Assembly: GCA_050084985.1 (NCBI GenBank)
Contig: JBITNC010000001.1
Location: forward strand, 153,016,001-153,080,000
Direction: 5' to 3'
DNA length: 64,000 nucleotides
Source: Nageia nagi
Taxonomy: Eukaryota; Plantae; Pinophyta
Below, piece after piece: positions 54,550-64,000 of the stretch. The stretch's first letter is position 1. Each line of letters begins with the position of its first letter. Made by a program: the position numbers and the translations under genes. The notes under the pieces are model-generated. The model was not told the DNA's origin and searched no databases. It saw nothing but the letters and a program-made list of their open reading frames with translations.

Positions 54550-55040
54550 GATCCTATCTCAATTATTTTCACAAACTACCAAAATAACTTTGTAACATAC
54601 ACAACATGATAATAGTCTTTTTTAACTATAACTTTTAAATTTCATCTCATTTCACTAGAAAGCTTAAGTGAAATTTTTAAATTCAAAAGAATGGAATATA
54701 TAAAATTCACCATATTCCTTCATACATTTGATTTTGATCATTTTTTACTCCTTTCTTGAATGTACTCAATAGGATTTAGATGGAGAATGTATTTCTCTTA
54801 AGAAAAAAAGTATGTGAGGATCCTATCATGACTATTATCATAAACTACCAAAATAACTTTGTAACATACACAACACGATAATAGACTTTTTTAACTATAA
54901 CTTTTAAATTTCAACCCATTTCACTAAAAACCTTAAGTGAAAATTTTAAATTCAAAAGAATGGAATATATAAAATTCATCATATTCCTTCATACATTTGA
55001 GCTTGATCATTTCTGATTCCTTTCTTGAATGTACTCAATG
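54550..55040. repeat. Tandem duplication, ~220 bp unit with ~270 bp period
   Basis: aaactaccaaaataactttgtaacatacacaaca...aaattcaaaagaatggaatatataaaattca...tcctttcttgaatgtactcaat at 54550-54770 and 54819-55039; a more diverged third copy at ~59770-59900. Confidence 0.92.
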
Positions 55041-55050
55041 ATTTCTAAAG

Positions 55051-58000
55051 TTAGGGTAGAAACATTTCTACCATAGAAAAGAGGAAACTCCCTTTCACAT
55101 TAGGTTTGTTGATCATTTTGTTATTTCCTTTTTCTAAAGCAGCTACTTCTTGTAGCTTTCTCTTCTTATTTTCCTTTTGTAGATCTAAGAAGCTTTGCAG
55201 GGTGATGTTATTCTTCACTTCTACAAGGTCATTAGGCATTTCTCCTTTACTTTTTTTTTTTTAATATTTCTTTCCTTTTCTAGACCTCTTTTTTCCTACC
55301 ATACTAAAATAAACAACATATGCATTTAAGATGTGTTCTAAATTTCTAAGTCACATGGACATACTTTAAATAAAATAAGAACTTTATTGATAACATTTTT
55401 CATTTCCATTATAAAATATAGTAAAACATATTCTTGAACCTAGTCTATTACATACTCTAGCCCTTCAATGAAATGTAGCTCTTCCATGTGTACATTATCC
55501 CCCATGGCATTTAGTCTCTCAGTTACTTTTCACAATTTCATTTCATGGTTTACCCTAACCGCTAGTGGAGGTGTAATCTGAATAGGATTTTCTAAGGAAA
55601 ATTGTACTCTTAAAATTTATAGTATCTTTGAGTTCACATTCTCCATCTAAATCATCATGGAGAACTCTTATTTCACTTATATTATCATATGAAAAGATAT
55701 TGTTTTTGTGAATCTACTCCATACAACTATGGGCCTTGAGTATCATTCTATTTTAGCTAGATACTCATTTCTTCTAGCAGTTTGATTATTGACTTGCTCT
55801 ATTGGGGAGACATGACTTTCCTTAGTTCATTTGAAAAATTCTTGAGATGGAATCTCATGTAGTTCAGCTATTTCTTTTTCCAATATCAAAGTTTTATTAA
55901 CTTTAGTGTTTCACAATCCATTGAATGAAAGTATATCATTAATGTTGGATAGGATATTAGACTCTGTGGGTATCCAAGTCCAAGACCATCCCATCTCGTT
56001 GTATCTTAATATTTTCTACATATAAAAGGTAATAAGTTAAGATCAATTATTATTCACTACTTTACCTCAATTTCTAATGGAAACTTCAATCTAATACCAA
56101 TGTAATGCAACCAACTTTCACCATCTAAACCCTTAAATTTAGGACCTATTTTTTAAAAGTTTATTGATCTATCTTCTTCACATGGTTCACTATTAATGGA
56201 ATTATATCCCACATGTATTACATAGCAATACCTTTTTTTTTTAATTGGGTTTTAACTTTTTTCAAGGGATCTTACTATTTTAATTCCATAACAATTCCAT
56301 TTAATTTGCTCTTTTATCCAAGCATCCCAAAAAGTTTTTAATAGTATCCCAAGCTTTCCTAAGGATCCCTAACATCTCCCAATTGTCTCCCAAACATAAA
56401 TTTTATGAACAAATCCCTTGCATCCTAAGTTTATACTTCTTAGTGATCCTATTGGGATATAAAGGTACTAAATACTACATTGGATTTCTTTAGGGTTATT
56501 ATCATTCACTATAATTTATCTATGTTAGATATTCCCTTTTAAATTTAGAAATATTTGTAAAATTTATTTGATATTATTGACCCATATTCATTCACATCAT
56601 GTATCCATTAATATCTAAGAAAGAATCATTTGAATCATCTAGGTGCTATCTTTACTCATCTATTTGTTAGTATCGACTAATGAGTGTCATTGAAGCTCAA
56701 GATTTAACCATCCATTTAATAAAATTTAATAAAGTTATCTTTAATGAAATATTTAAAGTACAAAGCTATTACATAAGAGAGCAATACTGGAATTCATACA
56801 TTCTTATGCATTCAATAGATGATTTAAACTAAATTCAAAAGTCATAATTCTTAGAGCCAAGGAATAATTGACATTAAGAGTCTTATTCTAAGATGTGATT
56901 TCTTTCTTATCATTACACAATTCTAAGGTAATGATATATTTATATTCACCAATTCACACTCTTGATGGAGGACTATTAATATAAAATTAGAGATCACATT
57001 TCTCTATAATTTAAGGTTATACAATAAGGACCTCATTTGTAATTTGAAATCCATTCATTAATAATTTCTATAGAATTCCTAAGTTAACTTTAAGTTCTTA
57101 TTTAAACATAAAATTATATCAAATACCTATTGAATGAAGTTTTCATAAATTTTTTACAAAATAATATTAATGTACAGTAAAGAAGGGTAACCCTAATTAT
57201 TGAACAAGGTTCCCTTTTACAATTCATAGTAATAGATTCATGGTAATGGTTTCTTCAACACATCATCATTCTTTGGTGTAGATCCTTACATCTTTATCTT
57301 CAAGTTTCTTCCAAGGATCAAAGGAGATTGGGTCAAGTATTAGGAAAAATGGTGAGATGTGGGGATCAGGAAAACCCTTTTTCTCCTATATGGCCATAAA
57401 GAAAAATGAATTTATCATGCAAATCTAGTCTTATGAACCTTAGGAGGATTAAGGTCCTTTCTAGGACTACCTCCCTTCGTTGGTCACAAGGTAAATATTC
57501 AAAATCTATTTAATGTTATGATTCTTATTCAATGACATAGCTCATCATACATCTTCAATATTATTACCAATTTTAATTAATTAATACTCTATTTATTTTC
57601 AATTTGCTTCCTGTATTTGAATGAAATTGATAATAAATTTTCATCTTACCAAAAGTAATTTATTGTAAGATACTACTATAGTATTAGATGATTAAATTTG
57701 GATTATCTAAATATTTAAATAAACCTTATGTACCATATTACCCATATAAAATTAATATATGTCTATTGAAGTACTATAGTACATGTAGGAACTTGAGTGA
57801 TATGGGAAATTAACAAATTGTACTTTCACTGGATTATTGAATTCGTATAGAGAGATACTGATGGGAGACACATTGAGTGTCATAGCCCTAGCACCTCACT
57901 AGATTTGGTGAATCCTTTGAGGAAATTTTGATATTTATAAATTGACATCTACTATTTAATGGAAAAACACCATGAATCCTTTGTACTAAATCCCTAAAAC

Positions 58001-59581
58001 CTAAATTTCTATTTGCATCTTGTATGAAGCTTAGGAGAATAGCTACATTGACAGAGAGTAAGATAATATATGTCTAGTGTAAGAGTAAATTGCCTTTTCT
58101 AAGTGCAAGAGTAAACTAAACCAAATGTAAAGGAAATTATATAAATGGTGAATAAAAATTCATTGAATATAAAATAATTATCATTGGAAATAGTATGAAA
58201 TACATATGATTTGGTAGTTGAATTATCTTAGCATGTTGATGGCATGGTTTATATAGTAATAGTTTTTTTCGAACTCTACAACCTTTGCCAACATTCGTCA
58301 AGCATGTACCATCATGATAGCTTGAGAAGAAGATATGAAGATCCATCAAAGAGTAGCTAAAAATGGTTTCTCATTAGATATTGTGGTTGTGAATGCTTGA
58401 TAGTCATATATGAAAATGTGAGGAATACACAAGGCCTCAAAATTATTTGATAGCATGAATGATGCAAGCATAGTTTCATGGACTATAATGATGGTAGGAT
58501 ACATATAAAATGGGTTTTTTGAAAGGATGATGGAGAATGTTAAGAAAATTTAATGGTCAAGCATAAAGTCAAACTCTAAAACCTTTGCCAACATTTTTCC
58601 AACTCATGCCATCAAAGAGCAATTAAAATTGGTTTCTCATTAGGTATTATGGTTTTGAATGCTTGATAGTAATATTTGAAAAATACACAAAGCTTGAGAA
58701 TTATTTGATAGGATGCATGATGCAAGCATTATAATGATGGTAGGATGTGCACAACATGGGTTTTCTAAAAGGATGCAAGAGACTTTTAAGCATATTCTAT
58801 ATTCATAAGTAAAGCCAAACTCTGAAACCTTTAACAATTATCTTCTAGTGTGTATAACCATAAGAATTCAAGAACAAGGTATAGAAATTAATCATAGAAT
58901 AGTTGATATTGGTTTCTTATCAAACATTATGGACATGAGCATCTAAATAACAAAAAATGTGTATGAATACATAAGGTCCATAAGTGGTTTGTTGAAAACA
59001 ACATTTCATGGACTATAATGCTTGTAGACTATAATAAAATAGATACATTCTCATAGAATGTAATTTTTTGGAGATCCTTGTGAAAGAGGAAATGATTACT
59101 GAGAGTAAGAGAAGGCTAAAGAATTTTTGATATTTTGCTATGCAAACCTATTGTGAACTTTCAAGGTGGGGCTTACACAAAGACTTATCAATTATTAAAT
59201 ATAATGTCCCACCATTCAACTAACATACTCCAATGTTTTCTACATAGTAAGATCTAAAAATAAATTAATAAATTACAATCCCTTTATCTAGGAACAAGCT
59301 TCATGTGCATATATTCAAATAAGATAAAAAATATATCTTTTCATTAAAAGTATATTACAATATTTACATGCAATACCATATTCATATGCCTACATTAAGC
59401 TTTTTTTCCTTTCAAAATCTATTAATAATACCAATGAATCTATAACATTAAAATCAAAAATAAAAAGAATGCACCTGATATTGAGAGGGGGAGAGGCTTC
59501 TCTTCTCCATAGGATCTTAAACCCAAACTAATAAAAAATAAAATGATAATGTATTCTCTTAAGGTTCCTCTATTATTTATA
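55051..59581 (-). pseudogene. Multi-exon pseudogene of unknown family, copy B
   Basis: TATAAAT 59581-59575, first exon MEKRSLSPSQYQ|GT (59510-59475), open stretch DFEYLPCDQRREVVLER...EKGFPDP...DPWKKLEDKDVRIYTKE at ~57505-57270, further exon-like blocks ~56480-56065, ~56015-55470 and basic last exon ending at 55051. Confidence 0.55.
58140..59030 (+). pseudogene. Second PLS-type PPR pseudogene fragment
   Basis: IHKASKLFDSMNDASIVSWTIMMVGYI*NGFF, KSNSKTFANIF, ELFDRMHDAS, MMVGCAQHGFSK; same motif style as 42.5-44 kb. Confidence 0.88.
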
Positions 59582-62500
59582 GTTAAGGAGGCTCAAATAT
59601 GTCCAAATAAGTGTCTACTCATCTCTTCAATAATTTTTGTGGTAAATATCAATTAAAGTTGTTGATAAGTGTGGTGGCATTAAATACCTTGAAATATTTT
59701 TTATATTAATTGATAAATTAAGACCAATTATTTTCCATACCTAACACAAAGAGGCAAGTAAATAGGGCCATATCTCAATTATTTTTATAAACCACCAAAT
59801 ACCTTGTAACATCCACAAAGTCACATTAGTCCTTTCTAACTATCACTTTTTAAATCCCCCTACATTTTAGTAACAACCATAAGTAAAAATTTAAATTCAA
59901 AAGAAGGTCATATTCCTTACCTTTTTTGAATTAGTTTCAAATATATATTGCAATGTTTTAACACTTATTTTACCTACAATGATCCTTTCATCCTGCATAG
60001 TAAGTTCATTAGTGTATACATATACATCCAAACATTCATCATTGAAATCGAAATCATATTTAATAATTATGTCATGCATCTATATGATCTACGATGATTA
60101 TTAAGATTTGTCAATAAACCAATGCCAATCATTTCTTCACTCTTACCCTTTGATTCCCATCAAATTTGGCTTTATGAAAATTAGATAAATTTGGCTATCA
60201 AGTTTCAACCAAAGGCTAAAATGATCAAAATTGGTTTCAAAATCATGGAGAAAATTTGGAATTTTCAAAAAATAAATTTTACACAAAAGAATATTTCATA
60301 ATTATTATTTTTTTTTAAATTCATGGAAAAAATGGCTAAACATAAATCACAAAAAAAAAAAAAAATCTTTCAACTTCCAAAACAACATATGATGACCTCA
60401 AAATCATGTAAAGCATAAAATAGCATCATCAAATTTTGAAGATGATATTATCATTTTCTTTAACTTGTTGAACTCTTATTTTATTCACAATTTGAAGCAT
60501 CTCCATTTCTAAATTATTTATCTTAATATTTAGGGTTTAAACGATTAAAATACCTTATTTACAAGAATTTGATTCACATGGTAAGAGAGTTTTAATTCCT
60601 TCGCAATGCAAAGAGTCATTCATTATTATTGATTTTAATTTTATTTGATTTTTATACAAAATATGCTTGAAAGCATCAACACATTTGAAACAAAACCAAA
60701 CTTAACCTACCATTTATTTTTCCTTCATAATTTATAAAGATTATGTAATTTCTTCAATTACTGAAGAAAAATATATATTATGTGTTACAAAAGTGAAACA
60801 TAAAAATATCAAGATCCACTTAAATATGCAATACTAGTAGAAGCTTTCATAATTGTTCAAAATTATGAAAAGATATTAAGAAATCAAAATGAGAGAATCT
60901 TGAAACCACATATTTTATTGATAATGTGGTGAGAGGGATGAGAAGAAAACCACAAAAAATGACACACAAGTTCAGTAATATCTTTTATTTTTTAATTATT
61001 GATGATGAAGTCTTGCACAATGATCTTAAATATGCCATAGTAAGCAATTTTTTGACCCTTTTTCAATTACAATAGAGGCTCCCAATAATGCTTTCTACAT
61101 CCAACACTAATCCTTTACAACCCTTCTCTCTCCAAAATATAGAAAGAATTATAAATATGCAATTTGTTTATAAATTTTCAATCTCAATAATTTCTCTTCC
61201 TTAATGCATCCGTAAAGCCTCTTTTATAATAATTTTAGTAGTTTAAAATAAGGCTTCAATTGCCACTTATTTGTAATAAATTTAATATCTATATGATCAC
61301 AAATTTGAAAATTTAAAATTTTTATTAAATATACATCCTAAATTAAGAAAACAACATCACCATTAAGCTTAGAAGATTGTTAGAAATAAATTTAATATAA
61401 TATATGATTATTTTTGAAGAAAATTCATTACTTCATGCCAAAATTAACCTTTTACTGAAAAAAATTGAAAATACCTAGATTTCTATGCCGATCCAAATAA
61501 ATGTGCAATGTATCATCTTGAAACAAATTACTATATCTTCAAAACATATAAGACATTGTCTCCAAAACTTATAAGACATCAAATAATATTTGTTATGTAA
61601 AAATTTTCTCTGCTATCATTTCAAGTATTAACATTTTAATTGATTAGTCGGGTGAATTCCAAATGGGGGAAGGACCTTACAAATTAAAAGATTACCTTTT
61701 TTAAAAAATGTGTACCATTCCTCCCCTCAAAGTCCACTTCCTTGAACATCACGTGAGCAATTTCACCTCACTATTCTATATTGTACCTCTTTTCATTTAT
61801 TGAAAATGACTACCCAAAATATATACTTGTTATTTCTTAAAAAAAAACTACTTTCACCACATTCATGGTTGATATACTTTGAAAAGTATTTTTATTTTGT
61901 TTTATTTGCAGTATTTCGTTTTTATTATTTTTTAAAATACTTGGTTTTTAATAAGTTTGATTTTTATTTACTATTTGTTATATATATTAGTTTTGATTTT
62001 ATATTTATATTTTTGTATAGTATTTATATATATATATATAAAGAATTTATAAAATCTAAATTGGGTATCAATTCTGAAAACCATGAGAACCATCATTGAG
62101 TACAAGATCATTTTGAGATTTATATTTTTCACCATTCAAAAGGATTCAATTTTTGAATCATTTTACCATTGTAAACTTTTCTATTTCAATTATGGTATAA
62201 ATATAATACAGAATATTTGAATTTAAATTACATGTTTAGTTACCTATAATTCAATGTGAAACACCAAATTTTAACTCAGCCAACCAGTTATTCAAGAGAA
62301 GTATGTGTCTTCTAAAAGTTGATATCGATATCTTTAGAAAGTTGGTATATTCCCGTACAATTATATTTCAAGTTTCTTATATATCTCATGTCTATCAATA
62401 ATGGAAAAGAAATGTATTATTTATATGGTTACATGGTACCTTATTGATATTGGTTAAATCAATGGTTTACTTTTTCAAGGCTAAATTAGAATTTATTTTA

Positions 62501-62930
62501 TTTTTTTGTTTATTTTCAAGGCTATAAGGTACGAAATAGTAAGGCTGATTGAAATCAAAAGTTAAATTTAAAAAAAAAAAAATTAGTTTCAAGACTAAAA
62601 GATAGAAAAAGGTAGAATTGTTTGGTGTTTTAACCCTCTAATGGCCTGTATTGGGGTAAAAAAAAGGTAATCCTAATTTTTTAAAAATAAACTTTTTCAT
62701 TAAAGAGTTTAAAAAATACACTATTTTGCTTGTAAGAGATGAATAGCCACTAGAAAATCCTCGTAACCTACATCATAAAACCTTAAAGCTAGCCTCAAAT
62801 CAAAATAAGTAATACATGTCTCCACTTAAAATTCATCATCACATTATAATATTTCAAACATATTACATGGTTTCATTCACATCCTTGATGGTTCTTGATG
62901 TGAAATAGTGCCATTGGGTAGGTTGTTACA

Positions 62931-64000
62931 TTATGACACTTTTCATGGTTCAAACTTGTAAAAATACTTTATCACCCACAATAAATTCTTGATGAGTTAT
63001 CTTAAGATAAACATAACTTTTTTGTCAATGGGTAGCTTCCTTGAGCTTTAATTGAATGGAATTTAGCTTCTCCTCCATTTGCTTCAACATTTTAGGCTAG
63101 ATCATCACTTGATCCTCTTGATTATTCTAAGATAAAGGAGTCATACATCTCCTTCCATAAAGAACCTCGAAGGGGGCCATTTCGAAATATGAATGATATC
63201 ATTTATTATAAGAAAATTCAACTAAGTAGAGGTAATCCTCCCATTTAGTATTTTGCTCCATTCAGTACATTCTAAGCATGGCACCAAGAACTCTACTCAC
63301 TTTTCAATCTACCCATCTATCTTTGGGTAATATGCTAAACTCATGTTCAATTTCATTTCCAATGCCTTATGCAATGATTTACAAAATATGGAGGTGAAAT
63401 TACAATCCCTATATGAGATGATCACTTTAGGAAATCCATGCAATTTGAAGATTTCATTAGAAAACTTATTGTCCATAGTAGGGGCATCATCAATGGTGTT
63501 ACAAGGTATAAAATGTGCTACCTTAGTCAATCTATCACTAACTACCATAATTTACTCATGATGGAACCTAGTCTTCATAAAATCAACAAATAAATCCATC
63601 GAAATTACTTGCCATTTCTATGTAGGCACATCATGTGGAAATAAATATCTACCTAGATATCGATGTTCTACCTTCACTTTCTAACATTCAAGATACCTTG
63701 CCATAAATTATGCTATATCCTTTTTAGTGCCTACCCTATAAAATCTCTATTTTAGGTCTTCTCTCATCTTTATGCCTATCATATGTGCTACATATAGGGG
63801 ATGATGGGCTTCTTGTATGATCAAACTTCTTAAATTTCCCTTTTCTGGGATGACTAATCTATCATTAAAATAAAGAATTCCTTCCTTTTTAGTAAAGTCT
63901 TGGGATGATGGGGTACCCTTCCCTATCCATTCCTAAATAGATTTGCAATATGGGTTTTCTTCTTGCAAGACTTTTATTTGGTCAAAAAGGTCAAATTAAC
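62931..64000 (-). mobile_element. Chromovirus-type (Tekay-like) gypsy integrase fragment, continues beyond window
   Basis: ORF 63309-63548 VVSDRLTKVAHFIPC...IFKLHGFPKVIISYRD...LNMSLAYYPKIDG; LVEFSYNK, MAPFEVLYG, FIVGDKVFL; stops abruptly at 62931 next to a ...GTTACA end. Confidence 0.9.

Noticed and set aside
48500-57600. Endogenous virus interpretation of the minus-strand coding relics
   Set aside because: No RT, Rep, RdRp, coat or movement protein motifs recognised; exon-intron structure favours a nuclear or DNA-transposon gene
61800-62099. 99-aa hydrophobic ORF
   Set aside because: F/Y/I/L-rich product of T-rich low-complexity DNA, TTG start, no family signal
62631-62650. TTAACCCT resembling a piggyBac end
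   Set aside because: No matching inverted terminus or transposase found; expected by chance in AT-rich DNA

Overview
AT-rich, strongly CG/CHG-depleted plant nuclear DNA; the repeat families and PPR motif style suggest a gymnosperm (conifer), which is inference only. About 30 kb (1-29.7 kb) is a stack of decayed LTR retrotransposons: two related Tat-type Ty3/gypsy elements each with a long extra ORF after pol, a short-LTR non-autonomous insert, a gag-only Sirevirus-like Ty1/copia element with TSD, and a younger 3'-truncated chromovirus-type element. One intact-looking host gene is present: a 5-exon IGT-family (LAZY/DRO1/TAC1) gene on the minus strand (33033-31280, ~371 aa) whose C-terminal CCL motif is atypical (WIRSNSDFVVFEP). 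The rest holds a LINE ORF1 relic, scrambled PLS/E-type PPR pseudogene fragments, a solo LTR with perfect TSD, two head-to-tail paralogous multi-exon pseudogenes that I cannot assign to a known family (~48.5-59.9 kb), and a gypsy integrase fragment running off the right edge. Boundaries of decayed elements are approximate and were read by eye.
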